Shown here piece by piece: positions 35,407 to 47,415 of a stretch of DNA of 53,655 nucleotides. How positions within the stretch are numbered: position 1 is the stretch's first letter; every line of letters begins with the position of its first letter. Both the position numbers and the translations under genes were made by a program. A model generated the notes under the pieces. That model made no database searches. It was not told the DNA's origin and saw only the letters and a list, made by a program, of their open reading frames with translations. The DNA lies in IMG/VR virus record IMGVR_UViG_3300017971_000063, positions 1-53,655 of that record, one strand, 5' to 3'. Origin of the DNA: a virus. Taxonomy: Duplodnaviria; Caudoviricetes.

Positions 35407-38400
35407 AGCGGAACTTTATTTTCGACGGAACGGTTGTCCTTCTCGTCGTTGCAATGGGCGTCTACCTTTTCGGAAGTGTATTCGAAAAGGAAGTCGTTCA
35501 GGGGATCGCGACCGGACTCGCGGTCCTCGCGGTCGTCGGAGTTGTCGCGTGTCTCGTCGTGACGATTATCGCGATCAGGAAGGACGAGAAGGAACTCCGG
35601 AAGCGAGGAATCTATAATTGATCGAGATCGAACTCGGCGAAGGAAAGATCGGGATCGGATACGGCGTTCAAGAAAAGCCGGAGAAGATCGGCGCGATCGT
35701 TTTCGAGAAACTCGGGAAAGCTCACAAGATCGGCATCCCGTTGGAAGGATACAAGCCGAGAACGATCGAAGAGATCGGAGTTGACAAAATACTCTCGATT
35801 ATTACCTTCACGAACGCCGAGTCGATTCGGGCGCTTCAAAAGGCGGTCGAGAAACTTCTCGCCGCGTTCGAAGAAAAGAAAGGAGTCGAGAATTGAGAGA
35901 GATCAAGGACCGACTCGGAATCATTCGGTTGACAGAGGACGAGATCAATAAATTTTTGCGCGGTCGATTGAGATTCGCGATTGACGACGCGAAATTCCTC
36001 CGCGCTTTTCGGGACTCGGAAAGCGATCAATTCAAGATCGTCGTTCAATCGATGGCGTTTCCGATCACCTATGAGGGGGCGGTGATCGTCGACGTGACGG
36101 ACGACATGATCGAACGCGACGGAGTCCTCCGTTATCAACCGCACGTCGAGCCGACCGTTCCGAAGAAGGACGTCGAAGCAATGATCGCGGACGTCAACAA
36201 TTTGCTCGACGTGGAGAAGGAAAAGAACAGAGCGCTTCTCGCCGGAGTCGGGGAGAAGTTGAAGGAGAAGAAGGGATGCGGACGAAAAAAGAAAAGTCGC
36301 AAGTGACGTTGACGCCGGGAATCTGGATCGGAAAGAGTCAGTCCTACGGCGTCGAGCTTGCTTGCTTCGAAGGCGCGAGGAGATTCACGCGATCGAAAGG
36401 ATTCCTCGCGTTCCCGGACGAAGCGATTCTCATTCAATCAACTACGGTCCGCCGAATACAGAATCAACTCGGATTCAAGCTCAACGTCGGAGACGCGGTT
36501 CGCCTCGACGTGGTCCCGACGGCGAAGGTTCACGTCACGGCGAAACCTCGGACCGTGATCCCGCCGAAGAAGAAACGGAGGTTGAAGAAGTGATCCCAGA
36601 ACACCTTAAAGAAGGGATCGACGCATGGGTCGAGTCGGGTCGTCCGACCGGAAGTTTCCTCCGCGCGGTCCTCGAAAATGATTTACTCGAAGCGGTCAAT
36701 CGGGCCGACGAAATCAGCTTCGCGAACCTCCGCTATATTGTCGGCTACCTTTGGAGCAAATGTCCTTGTGAATGTTGGGGATCGAAGAAAGCCGTCAAGG
36801 AGTGGAGAGAGAGGAAGGAGCGCGAACGATTCGAGAAGGATCAACCGAAATTACCGATCGAGGTCAAGGATTGAAAGCGATCTACAACGGTAAACCGTAT
36901 CAAGTCAACACGCTTTTTTTACAAGACGGCGACGGCGAGATCGAGGTCGCCGCGTCCGAGGTCAAAGTGATCGTCGAGGAAGGCGTGATCCTCGAAAAGA
37001 ATCCGGACGTCGAAAATATTGATCCGGACGGACTTCCGACTCCGAACGTGGAGAAGATTCGGGACGTTGCTCGCGATCTTTTATCCGAACCCGGGGAACC
37101 GCCGACGATTCACGTCGGGATCAATCCGAGGAAGATCAACGCTCCGACGGTCCCGGGGAAGTGGAAGAATTGGAAGTCGACCGACCTAAATCCGGAGGGC
37201 GAGAATTGAATTTCGTCACGCTCAACAAAGAGGATATTGAAACGATCGGTCGAGCGTTGAAGGTCTCGATCAACGGCGCGATCGATTCCGGGATACGGGA
37301 AGAACTCACGATCGGAACGATTCAATGGCTCGAAGATCGAACCGGCGTTCGGATCGAGGACCCGGAGATCAGGGATATTCGAGAGCAAATAGTTTCACGA
37401 CTCCGCCGAGAACTCGCCGAGGCGAAAGCGGAGATCAGAAAATTAAAAGGAGAGTAAAAAATGAAGTGCGATATTTGCGGAGAAGAGAAGCTCGACGTCA
37501 AGACTCACCATTACAAAGGCGAGTCGAAGGAATACGAGTTCAACGCTTGCGACTCGTGTTTCGAGAAGGAGATCAATCCGGAGACCGACGCCTTTATCGA
37601 CGCGGTCAAGACCCGGGTCGACGCGAAGAAAGCTCTTCACGGCGAGGGATAATGTCGACCGATCCGAAGTGTCGATCGTGTTTCCTCTTCGAGACCGATC
37701 CGGAGATCACTCGACTCGTCTCCCGGGTTCAGGCGTCATGCTCGCGGAAGGCCGAAGGGAAGTGTCCTCTCTTCCCGGGACAAATAGACGACGTCGGCGC
37801 GGACGCGAGGCAAGAAGCACGATGGGAAAGAGAAGACGCGGAGAACAGCGCGGAACGAGAGCGCGTCGAGCGCGATCGAGAATATAAAGAGGCGGCGTTC
37901 GATTGGGGCCGTCGGAAAGGTTGAAACATGGCGATCAAACGATCGGAGTTCAAGTTCGAGTACGTTCGTTTTTGGGCGGCGAGGATTCTCGGGATATACT
38001 TCGTCGTGACTTTTCTCCTCGGCGGATTTATATTCGGTTCCGTTCGGGCGCTTGGAATGAATATTGATTCGGGGGCGATCGGCGCGTTCTCTTTACTCTC
38101 ATCGCTTCTCGGAATAATCGCAACGGCGGCGATCATCGGTCTCGCGATCGACACGAAGAACGGCGACTCGAAGAGGAAGCGGAGACGCAAATGAAGAAGG
38201 AGCCGATCGATCCGAAGGAATTTATTCGCGCGATCGTCTATCACGCGGGAGCGTTCGCGATCTCGTTCGCGGCGGTCGCCGGAGTTGGCGTCGGTCTTTG
38301 TCAAGCGTTCGTCGCTCTCGGAGGTCTCTCGCGATCGACGGCGTTCAACGACGGATCGCTCACCGTGATATATTTCTTCTCGGTGTTAATTGCGATCGGA

Positions 38401-38523
38401 TTGACGGTCGGGATCATGTGGCGCGTCGCACCGAAGGAACCGCCCGACATCGTGAAGCTCAAAAAGGATCGAGAGAATCTTCGTGAGATCGTAAACAAGT
38501 TGACCGGCGGAGACGAGGAATAA
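35403..38523 (+). CDS. Run of translationally coupled small hypothetical ORFs: 35403-35621, 35618-35896, 35893-36306, 36303-36593, 36590-36874, 36871-37209, 37206-37457, 37461-37652, 37652-37924, 37928-38194, 38191-38523
   Basis: Mostly 4-nt start/stop overlaps; 35403, 37928 and 38191 encode two hydrophobic helices each. Confidence 0.65.
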
Positions 38524-38528
38524 AATAT

Positions 38529-38599
38529 TCCCGGGTCGTTCAACGGCAGGACTCCGCTCTTTGGAAGCGGAAACGGAGGTTCGAATCCTTCCCCGGGAG
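38529..38599 (+). tRNA. tRNA-Gln (TTG)
   Basis: Acceptor TCCCGGG/CCCGGGA, anticodon arm CCGCT-CT-TTG-GA-AGCGG, T loop TTCGAAT; CCA not encoded. Confidence 0.9.
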
Positions 38600-38614
38600 A
38601 ACAAGGAGGAAACA

Positions 38615-39290
38615 ATGTCGACCGAACTTTATATTCTCGGAGTGATTTTCGTTTTCGCGCTCGCCTACGTCCTCGGTTTATATGCAGGAGAAAACAAGGG
38701 ACGCGCGGACGTCTACGAGTTTATGTCTCAAACGGACGCGGAACGCGAGGAAGAAGAACGGGAGAAGGTCAAATGAAGCGCGGCGACATCGTCCGAAGCA
38801 AGGATCACGGCGGAGTCTACGAAGTGATCGCTGTCACGCCGGACAAGATTCACGTCAAGGCGTGTTACGCGACGCTCGATCACGACGAGGCCGAACTACT
38901 CATGAAAGGACCGCCGGTCCCGGAACTCGATCTCACCGATCGGCTCGCGATCTCGGCGGTGAAGAACGGAGAGTCAGAATGAGCGACGAACTCACTCTCA
39001 AAGAACTTGAAGAGGAAGCGCGAGTCTTGAAGGAACGATGTTTCGGAAAGGACGGAGAGCTTCTCCCGGGATACGACGGAGAGATCAAGGCGCTCGTCGA
39101 GACGCTCGAAACGATGATCCTCCGACTCGTGAAGGACGGCGCGGTCGTCGAGGCGCTCCGAACCGTCGAAAGCCGATTGAAAGTCAAGTCCGATACGTTG
39201 ATCGACGTCGGCGATCAGGAACACGCGGCAGGGATCGACCTCGCGAATCGGGAAGTCCGCCGCGAGATCAAACGGAGATCGTCGAAGTGA
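38615..39290 (+). CDS. Three small hypothetical ORFs: 38615-38776 (membrane), 38773-38982, 38979-39290
   Basis: SD motifs and ATGA overlaps. Confidence 0.6.
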
Positions 39291-40114
39291 GGATTCTTCG
39301 GGTATTTCAAGAACGAACACCGCTAACACCGAATGATAATTTCGTTCGGATCGGTCAACCGACTTTGTTTGACCCGATCCCGGATATTGACGAAGTCCAC
39401 GTCTCATGCGTTTTTATTTGGAATCGAAAGGCATGCGAAGGATTTGTCGTCGCGTATCAAAATGTTTACGACGTTCCGGTTCGGATCGGAGGTCCCGGTC
39501 TACTTACGAACGCCGAGGATTTTATACCGGGACGTTATATTTCGAAGGACGTCGTTTTCTTCACCAGAGGATGTCCGGGGAATTGTCGTTTCTGTATCGT
39601 ACCAAAAATCGAAGGCCGAAAAATTCGCGAGCTTGAACCGCGAGGGGAAGGAAATATCGTTCAAGACAATAATATTTTCGCCGCGTCGAGATCACACTTC
39701 GAAAAGGTGATCGCGTTCCTACGCGGAAGAAGGAATATACAATTCAAGGGAGGACTTGACGCCGCGAGGTTGAAGGACTATCACATCGAAGGATTCCGTT
39801 CCCTGAATATTAAAGAACTATGGTTCGCTTGTGATTCCGATTCACGGTTGAAGATCGCCGAGAAAGCGATTCGTAAAGTACGAAAGGCGGGTTTCACGCG
39901 ACACCAAGTCCGCGCCTATTGCTTGATCGGATTCGAGGGAACGATCGAAGAAAACCGCGAACGGTGTCAAAGGATCGTTGACGCCGGAGCGGATACTTTC
40001 GCCATGTTATACCAACCGATCGAAGGAAAGCCGATCGTTCACTCGCGGGAATGGAAAAATCTACAACGACACTATTCGCGACCGGCGCTCTATCGGACGA
40101 AGAAGGGGAAGTGA
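39287..40114 (+). CDS. Radical SAM protein
   Basis: FFTRGCPGNCRFCIVP (CX3CX2C), DNNIFA, GGLDAARL. Confidence 0.85.
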   Translation: MRILRVFQERTPLTPNDNFVRIGQPTLFDPIPDIDEVHVSCVFIWNRKACEGFVVAYQNVYDVPVRIGGPGLLTNAEDFIPGRYISKDVVFFTRGCPGNCRFCIVPKIEGRKIRELEPRGEGNIVQDNNIFAASRSHFEKVIAFLRGRRNIQFKGGLDAARLKDYHIEGFRSLNIKELWFACDSDSRLKIAEKAIRKVRKAGFTRHQVRAYCLIGFEGTIEENRERCQRIVDAGADTFAMLYQPIEGKPIVHSREWKNLQRHYSRPALYRTKKGK

Positions 40115-41723
40115 GAATAAAATTGAGACCGTTGATTCAAGGCGTGACGTTCAAGGTGAAGAACAGAATCCCGACTCCCGGGTTCGTGACGCATCAAATG
40201 ACGGATGACCGAGAGGAGGAAATAAATCCGTATATCGATGTTAGGAATTGCACGTTCAAAATCGTCAAATCGAGATGGTTCAAGATCGTCGAGAAGATCG
40301 GACTCGGATTCTTTTTCCGATCGGAGCCGATCGTCCGCTCGATCACTTATCGAGGGAGGCCGAAGCCATGAGACTCTCGGAAATTATCGAACTGAAACGA
40401 GATCGAAAACCGAATGAAGTCGAGTTGACGCAACACGGCGCTCCGTCCGGAAGAGTGAGGACGGTCTACGCGAAGATCGGAAAGGAACTCGCGGACAAGG
40501 CGGTCGCCGCCGACCTCCGTCTCTCTTGCGAGATTCTCCGGACGAACGAAGTCGCGATCTACGGTCGACTCCCTTCGTGGAACGAGGACGACGAGATCGT
40601 CGAGATCGCCGTCAATGGTCCGGCGAATCCGGAAGAACTCACACCGATTCAAGCAACCGAGAAAATCGTCAAGGAACTACTCCGGATCAAGGGAGAATCG
40701 TGAACTCCTACGGACTCGGAGCGATCAACGGTCGGCGGATTTATTGCTTCTATCGGATTCAGGCGAGGAACGAATCGTCGGCGATCAAGAAACTCAAACG
40801 CGATCGGATCGGATTCGCGAACTGGAATCGCGACGGTTGGAAGCTCCGCGAGGTCCGGCAATATCACGGTGACGGAATGTTCGACTTGAAGCTCTTCGAC
40901 GTCAAGTCGGAATTATCGTTCGACAAGATTCGGCTTGAAGATTTGATCTTGAAAATAATCTTGAACGATTGAGGAGAGAAGTTGACCGATCAGTTGAAAC
41001 AAAAAAGAAGATCGATCGGAATCTATGATCTTCTCGAAAGGACCGTCGAATATTTGACGAGTCCGTATATACCCGAGTGTCGAGGTCGTTGCAGTAACAA
41101 CATGCATAATTGCTCGCCGGAGTGGAGAGGCGGCGAGTGTCCTCACTTGAAACGACGGGCGATCGTGAGAGACGCGAAAAGGATATTGAGTCGGCGGGAA
41201 CGGTGGAAAGGAGATAAACATGGAATTTGAGATCACGAGGAAGCACATCGTCAAGGTCAACGAATCGGACACGAGGCGTTGCGATCCGGATTGCAAGGGC
41301 TATCTTTATACGGATGATAATTCGGACACTTGCCTTTTCTACGACAACGCGGAGATCGAGCGAGAAGGAGACGAATTTACCGGATTCCGTTGCGAGGCGT
41401 GTCTCCGGGAACAGCAAGGGAAGAAGTACGAACCGATCCGGATATTCCCGCCGAACAGACCGGACCTCCCGGACGGAATCCCGGTCACGAACAGGATCGA
41501 CTACTTCAACGGCGTCGAGGTCGGGAAGGTCGAAGGACGTCGGGAAATATCCGAGGAGATCAAGGCGCGGTTGAGGAAGAAGGCCGACGATCTTCAAACC
41601 GTCATGGATATTTGTCGATCGGTCGGGCGTTCGAAGATGAGGGAGGAGGATTTTCGGAGTTTCGTTCACACGAGGCCGGAGCCGAGAAGCGCTCCACCGA
41701 CGTCGAGGAGCCGAAGGAAATAA
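40111..41723 (+). CDS. Run of small hypothetical ORFs: 40111-40371, 40368-40703, 40700-40972, 40982-41230, 41220-41723
   Basis: Overlapping starts/stops and SD motifs. Confidence 0.6.
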
Positions 41724-41732
41724 TTTTCGGAC

Positions 41733-41762
41733 TTGACACGAGCCATGCCGACGTGGTATTGT
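41733..41762 (+). promoter_or_regulatory. Promoter of the packaging operon
   Basis: TTGACA-18 nt-TATTGT with an extended -10 TG. Confidence 0.55.
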
Positions 41763-41787
41763 TAAACAATCCGGAAAACAATAGACG

Positions 41788-42144
41788 ATGCCGTTTGCTA
41801 AAGGTCAATCAGGGAACCCGAAAGGGAGACCGAAGAAAGGCGGAGCGATCGCGGAGTTGATCCGGGCCGAGTTATTCCGGACCCTTCGCGAAGGGAAGTA
41901 CGACTTGAAGCTTTTGAAGCGGCGAGGACTCACCGGAAACCTCACCGTCAAGGAAGCTTTCATTCGCTCGCTCTTCACGTTCGCGTTTCGCGGCGAAGGA
42001 TGGGCGGCGAAGTTGATCGCGAGCTACGAGTCCGGTCTCCCGAAGCAGTTGATCGAAATCGAAGGAGACCTCGAACACGGTATTTCCGACAAGCTCTACA
42101 ACGCTATCACCTCGGGGCGATATGGGAAGAAGGGTCGGAAGTAA
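41788..42144 (+). CDS. terS: Terminase small subunit (DUF5681-like)
   Basis: MPFAKGQSGNPKGRPK; upstream of the large subunit. Confidence 0.75.
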   Translation: MPFAKGQSGNPKGRPKKGGAIAELIRAELFRTLREGKYDLKLLKRRGLTGNLTVKEAFIRSLFTFAFRGEGWAAKLIASYESGLPKQLIEIEGDLEHGISDKLYNAITSGRYGKKGRK

Positions 42145-43639
42145 AGGGAAGCGGAAGAAGAAAGCAACGAAGCGGAAATCGACAAGGACGTCGACAAAGA
42201 AAGTCAAGGCAACGAGGGCGGCTCCGCAACGCAGAACAGCCATGCCCTCACGATCAGAGGTTCTCGAAGCGGCGAGAAGGAAGGGCCGGGAGAACCTTTT
42301 CTTTTTGGCGAAGGAAGTTCTCGGTTATCGGGAACTCGCCGACTTTCACGCGGATATTTGCGCGGACGTCGTGAAGCATCCTCGATCGCTCTACCTTCTC
42401 CCGCGCGGTCACTTCAAGACGACGATCCTCACGGTCGCGCTTTCGATCTACGATATTATCAACGACCCGAACACTCGGATTCTTATCAACAGCGATATTC
42501 TAGGGAACTCCCGCGCGTTTCTCCGCGAGATCAAAGGACACATCGAAAGGAACGACGACTTCCGGACTCTATACGGCGATCTCGTCGGTGACTACTGGCA
42601 GTCGGACGGAATCACGATCTCGACCCGGACCGCGAATCACAAGGAGCCGACGATCTCCCTCGGCGCGATCGGGAACGAAAAGACTTCCGGTCACTACAAG
42701 CGAATTATCAACGACGATCTCGTCGGGTTGAAGGACATGATCTCGGAAGCGAAGCGGAGATCGACCCGTTTTTATTACGACACTTTCGAGGACTTGATCC
42801 TTCCCGGCGGCGCGATCACTTCGAACGGAACACGTTGGCACACTCACGATCTATATAAACATATTATCGACAACTTCCGCGACTACGTCGTCAACGATAA
42901 ATACCGACGCGCGATCCTCGCGAACGGTCGTCCGCTATTCCCGGAACGGTTCGCGCTCGTCGACCTACTTGAAAAGCAACGGAAGAACCCGATCATGTTC
43001 TCGGCTCAAAACTTCAACGAACCGCTTCCGCTCGAAGGTCAACTCTATTCTCACGACGAGTTGAAGTTCTTCGATCCGCTTGACGTGGAACGGGAAGGAA
43101 TGTACATGATCGGAGTCACCGATCCGGCTCTCGGAAAGTCGAAGAAGTCCGACTACGTTTGCATCCTCACGCTCGGCGTCGACGAGGCCGGGACCATTTA
43201 CGTTTGGGATTGCTACCTTGAACGAGCGAAACCCGACGAGGCGTGTCGCGTCGCGGCGATCCACAATAAAACGTGGAAGTGGGATCGGGCCGGGGGAGAG
43301 GCGAACGGCTTTCAAGAATTGTTTGTCGAGAAGTTCGAAGCCGCGATCGGGATGCACGTCGAACGGATAATCACGCGCGGAAACAAGGACATGAGGATTC
43401 GCGGCATGCGCTCGTGGGTTCTCGACAACGTCCGATTCCGGAAAGATTGGGCGAGGAAGTATCCGACGTTGATCGAACAGTTGACTCTTTATCCGCAAGC
43501 AGAGAATGACGACGGACCCGACACGCTCGAACTCGGGTTGAATATGGTCAAGGGCGGAACGGCGACGGCGGAGGATTCTGGGTTCGTCGCTCCGCCGAAG
43601 GATCACTACAAGGCAAATCGAAGGAGCGTTCTCTCATGA
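42122..43639 (+). CDS. terL: Terminase large subunit (start may be ATG 42242)
   Basis: PRGHFKTT Walker A, IINDDL Walker B, GTRW...DLY, DPA..SDY, DDGPD nuclease motifs. Confidence 0.95.
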   Translation: MGRRVGSKGKRKKKATKRKSTRTSTKKVKATRAAPQRRTAMPSRSEVLEAARRKGRENLFFLAKEVLGYRELADFHADICADVVKHPRSLYLLPRGHFKTTILTVALSIYDIINDPNTRILINSDILGNSRAFLREIKGHIERNDDFRTLYGDLVGDYWQSDGITISTRTANHKEPTISLGAIGNEKTSGHYKRIINDDLVGLKDMISEAKRRSTRFYYDTFEDLILPGGAITSNGTRWHTHDLYKHIIDNFRDYVVNDKYRRAILANGRPLFPERFALVDLLEKQRKNPIMFSAQNFNEPLPLEGQLYSHDELKFFDPLDVEREGMYMIGVTDPALGKSKKSDYVCILTLGVDEAGTIYVWDCYLERAKPDEACRVAAIHNKTWKWDRAGGEANGFQELFVEKFEAAIGMHVERIITRGNKDMRIRGMRSWVLDNVRFRKDWARKYPTLIEQLTLYPQAENDDGPDTLELGLNMVKGGTATAEDSGFVAPPKDHYKANRRSVLS

Positions 43640-45114
43640 AAGCACCGAAAATGAAACCGAAGTTGACGGACCGAATATTCGAGAGCGTATTCGGAGAACG
43701 GATCGAGAAGCTCGCCGATGACAAATTGAAGTCGGTCCTCGAATCGCTCGTTCAGGAAACCGGCGTCGAGCTTGAACGAAAAGAGGACGCGGGATTCAGG
43801 AGTCTCGGAGAATCGCGGCGCGATCTCTCGCCGAGTAAACAAGAGCGAATGATCGTTCTCGCCGAGGAACTCGTTCTCCGGAATCCGCTCGCCGAACGAA
43901 TGATCGAGACGTTCAAAAACTACGTCCTCGGCGACGGTATAACGTGGACGGCGGAGGATGCGCGGGTCAAGAGCGTTCTCGAAAAGCATTGGAACGACCC
44001 TATCAACGATTGGGAGAACAAGCAGTTCGTCCGCGTCCGCGAGCTTTCGATTCACGGCGAGTTGATCTTGAAGGCGTTCGTCAACAAGGAGAACGGACAC
44101 GTCCGCCTCGGCGCGATCGATCCGGGTTCGATCGAGAACGTGATCCGGAACAAGGAAAACGCCGAGATTCTCGAATCAATCGTCTTGAAGCCCGGGGAGG
44201 GAGTCGAGTATTCGAGCGACGAAGAGCGCAAGTTGAAGATTATCGCCGTCAACGATGACGCGCTCGACGACGAAGGCGGATACGGGAAACTCGAAGGCGA
44301 CGTTTTCTTCGTCACGATCAACCGGACGACGTTTCAAAAGCGCGGTCACTCCGACTTGCTCTCCGTCATGGATTGGCTCGACGGATACGATCGATTTCTC
44401 TTCACGGCGCTCGAACGTGCGGAATTGCTCCGCGCGATCTTCTGGCATTACATCATGGAGGGCGCGAAGTCGGGCGAGCTTCAAAAGAAGCGTCAGGAGT
44501 TCAAGAAGGGACCGCCGCTCGCCGGATCGTTCCTCGTCACCGACGAGAAGATCAAGATCAACGCGGTCTCCCCGGACCTCAAATCCGGACAGGTCGCCGA
44601 GGACGCGAAAACGTTCAAGGCGCAAATAATCGCAGGGGCCGGATTGCCCGAACACTTCTTCGGTATCGGCGGAGACGTCAATCGTGCAACCGCGTTGGAG
44701 ATGGGATCGCCGGTCCTCCGGATGATCGAAGCGCGTCAAGGCGTTATCCGCGCGGCATTGACGTTGATCTTCAACTTCCAAATTGATCAAGCGATCAAGG
44801 CCGGGAAGTTGCCGAACGACGTCGACCGGACCTTCACGATCATTTTCCCGAATCCTTCGCCGAAGGAAGCGAAGGAGATCGCGACGATGCTCGATTCGGT
44901 TACGCGGTCGCTCGCGCTCGCGCAGGAATCCGGATGGATCGCGACCGAGACGGCGAAGAAGATTTTCGTCTCGCTCGCTTCGAACCTCGGCGTCGAGATC
45001 ACCGAGGAGGAAGTCGACGAGGACGAAGAGAAGGACGAGACGCCGAAAGGCGCGGACGACTACGAGAAGGTCGAATACCCGGGAGGAGAAAAGGACGGCG
45101 ATGTGGAAGAATAA
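43636..45114 (+). CDS. Portal protein
   Basis: Follows terL; NPLAERMIE..VLGDG, RGHSDL, AGLPEHFFG..DVNRATA. Confidence 0.9.
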   Translation: MKAPKMKPKLTDRIFESVFGERIEKLADDKLKSVLESLVQETGVELERKEDAGFRSLGESRRDLSPSKQERMIVLAEELVLRNPLAERMIETFKNYVLGDGITWTAEDARVKSVLEKHWNDPINDWENKQFVRVRELSIHGELILKAFVNKENGHVRLGAIDPGSIENVIRNKENAEILESIVLKPGEGVEYSSDEERKLKIIAVNDDALDDEGGYGKLEGDVFFVTINRTTFQKRGHSDLLSVMDWLDGYDRFLFTALERAELLRAIFWHYIMEGAKSGELQKKRQEFKKGPPLAGSFLVTDEKIKINAVSPDLKSGQVAEDAKTFKAQIIAGAGLPEHFFGIGGDVNRATALEMGSPVLRMIEARQGVIRAALTLIFNFQIDQAIKAGKLPNDVDRTFTIIFPNPSPKEAKEIATMLDSVTRSLALAQESGWIATETAKKIFVSLASNLGVEITEEEVDEDEEKDETPKGADDYEKVEYPGGEKDGDVEE

Positions 45115-45316
45115 CGATCACCTACGCGATCCCGACGAGTGGTATCTCCCGCCCAAGGCGGACAAGACGACGAGGAAAGTTTCGGTCGACGAGTGTCGCG
45201 CTCGGTTCTTGAAAGCGATTCGACGGAAGAGGTTCACGAATACGGACTTCTCCGGCGCTCAATCGTTCTATCGGTACGACGCTTTCATTCAGCACGACGG
45301 AGGCCGTAGGAATTGA
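45101..45316 (+). CDS. Small hypothetical protein
   Basis: Fills the portal-MuF gap; preceded by AAGGA. Confidence 0.5.
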   Translation: MWKNNDHLRDPDEWYLPPKADKTTRKVSVDECRARFLKAIRRKRFTNTDFSGAQSFYRYDAFIQHDGGRRN

Positions 45317-46800
45317 CGATCCTCGAACACTTGAAGGCCCGGGTTCGCAGGAATCCCCGGACGTTCTACGTTCGCATGCCGAAGGCGATCCGCGAGGCGT
45401 GGTCGGCGGAATATCGTCGTCAATACGCGGCGCGTATCCTGAAACAAGTCAAGGACTCGATCGCGATGGAGGAAGAGACGATCCGCGCGGCGATCGCGGC
45501 GATCCGATCGGCTCAAAAGGAAGTCGCGGGAATAATCGCGGTCACGGCGCCGGAGAAATTCAAGGCGTTTCACGCTCGCGAGATTCAGGCCGCGCTTGAA
45601 GAGCCGCTCCGCGATCTACAAGACAAGCTCACGAAGAACTTGACGGGAGCGCAAGCGCTCGCGGCGGAACGCGGGATCGACGATACGCAAGAGCTTTTAA
45701 AGATGGTCGGGATCGACGTTCCCCGGGCGTTCGTCTCCGAGGAGATGGCCGCGATCACGTCGCAGTTCTCCGCCGACTTGATAACGAACTTGACGAGCAA
45801 CGCTCGCGGACGGATCAACACGATTCTCAACACGGCGTCGATCACCGGAGAGCCGACGTTCGAAGTGATCCAGAAGATCGGCGCGAACCTCACGAGTCCG
45901 TCGGTATTCAAGAATATATTCACGAGAGCCGAGACGATCGCCCGAACCGAATTAAATCGCGTCGGCGCGATGGTCCGTCAATCCCAAATGTCACAAGCCG
46001 CGCAAGCCGTTCCGAAGCTCCGCAAATATTGGATGGCGATAATCGACGACCGGACGAGGCCGTCTCACTTCGACGCCGACAACGACTACAATCCCGAGGG
46101 CGGAACGATCGGACCGATCCCGATTGACGAACCGTTCGTCGTCGGTGGCGAGCCGCTCATGTTCCCGCGCGATCCCGCAGGATCAGCGGCGAACACGATA
46201 AATTGTCGATGCGTCTCCGTTCCGTTCACGCCGGACGCCGAGGAAGAGATCAAGCAGGAAGAGGAGAAGAAAGACCCGAATCGCGAGTCGATCCTTCGAT
46301 CGAGGGAAGAGATCAGGAATAAGTCGGTCGAATACGCTCACGTTATACGACCGGACGGATCGGTCGCGCTCAACAAAACGTCGAACCTCCCGAACGCCGT
46401 CGAGTTCACGAGGGAAGAAGTTCGGCTCATGCGCGGGAACGACGTCCTTCACAATCACCCGACGGGACGATCGTTCTCTCCGGAGGACGTGTTCCTCGGA
46501 ATCGAATCGGGAGCGCGGTCGATGCAAACAGTCGGACGCGGGAGCGGGATTGATTATATTCTTCGAGGGACGGGCGGGAGAACTCTCGCGTTGAACAGAG
46601 CGGAATATATGACGTTCCTCGACGTCGCCGAGAAAACGGAGAACGAACTCCGCCGCGAGTTCCGAGGTCGTATCCTACAAGGGACGATGACGAAAGCCGA
46701 GGCGAACTACAAACATCCGCAAGAACTTTGGAAACGGATATTCGACAATCCGACGATCAAGAATCTCCCGATCGAATATCTCTCGGAGGTCTCACGATGA
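45313..46800 (+). CDS. MuF/SPP1 gp7-like minor head protein with C-terminal JAB/MPN-like domain
   Basis: RAETIARTE..KYW....DDRTRPSH..PF.VGGE.LMFPRDP..INCRC; C-terminal LHNHPTGRSFSPED. Confidence 0.85.
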   Translation: MTILEHLKARVRRNPRTFYVRMPKAIREAWSAEYRRQYAARILKQVKDSIAMEEETIRAAIAAIRSAQKEVAGIIAVTAPEKFKAFHAREIQAALEEPLRDLQDKLTKNLTGAQALAAERGIDDTQELLKMVGIDVPRAFVSEEMAAITSQFSADLITNLTSNARGRINTILNTASITGEPTFEVIQKIGANLTSPSVFKNIFTRAETIARTELNRVGAMVRQSQMSQAAQAVPKLRKYWMAIIDDRTRPSHFDADNDYNPEGGTIGPIPIDEPFVVGGEPLMFPRDPAGSAANTINCRCVSVPFTPDAEEEIKQEEEKKDPNRESILRSREEIRNKSVEYAHVIRPDGSVALNKTSNLPNAVEFTREEVRLMRGNDVLHNHPTGRSFSPEDVFLGIESGARSMQTVGRGSGIDYILRGTGGRTLALNRAEYMTFLDVAEKTENELRREFRGRILQGTMTKAEANYKHPQELWKRIFDNPTIKNLPIEYLSEVSR

Positions 46801-47036
46801 TTCTCGTCGATCTGAAAACGAAGATCAATCAATACAACATCGAAGAGGAACTCGCGAAGAAGTTGACGAAGATATTCAAGATCGAGGTCGCGGACGAATA
46901 CGTCCGGAAGTTCAAGGACAAATACAACTCTCTCAAAGGCGACACGCGGAGAGCGGAGTTCCTCGTCTCCTACGACGAGGCGAAGAACAAGGTTCAATGG
47001 TTGAAGGATAATCTCGGGGAGGGGATGATCGCTTGA
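46797..47036 (+). CDS. Small protein, candidate immunity partner of the MuF extension
   Basis: 79 aa, ATGA-coupled to MuF. Confidence 0.45.
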   Translation: MILVDLKTKINQYNIEEELAKKLTKIFKIEVADEYVRKFKDKYNSLKGDTRRAEFLVSYDEAKNKVQWLKDNLGEGMIA

Positions 47037-47407
47037 AATATCTCCGGACAATTGAGAAGGAATGGGGGTTCGAATATTGGATCAACAACGACGCGGATTA
47101 TTGCATGAAGGAGTTGTCGATCCGCCCGGACTATCAATGCTCGCTTCACTACCACCTACTCAAAACAGAAACGTTCTACGTCGTGCAGGGCCGAGTCAAG
47201 ATCGAGGTCTATCCAAAGATCACGAGTCTTATAAAAGACGGTCCGGTCGAATACGCTCTTCGATTCGGTGACTACTTGAAGATCGAGAAGGGAACGCCGC
47301 ACCGATTCAGCACACCGAACGGCTCCGCGCTCTTGATCGAATGTTCGACGCAACACTTCGAAGAAGATAGTTATCGGACGATCCCGTCCGGTCGAATAAC
47401 AAAGTAA
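47033..47407 (+). CDS. Cupin-domain protein (sugar isomerase-like)
   Basis: KEWG.E.W..YC.K.L..CSLHYH..KTETFYV..G..HRF..E.ST.H...DSYR. Confidence 0.85.
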   Translation: MKYLRTIEKEWGFEYWINNDADYCMKELSIRPDYQCSLHYHLLKTETFYVVQGRVKIEVYPKITSLIKDGPVEYALRFGDYLKIEKGTPHRFSTPNGSALLIECSTQHFEEDSYRTIPSGRITK

Positions 47408-47415
47408 AGGGAGGA

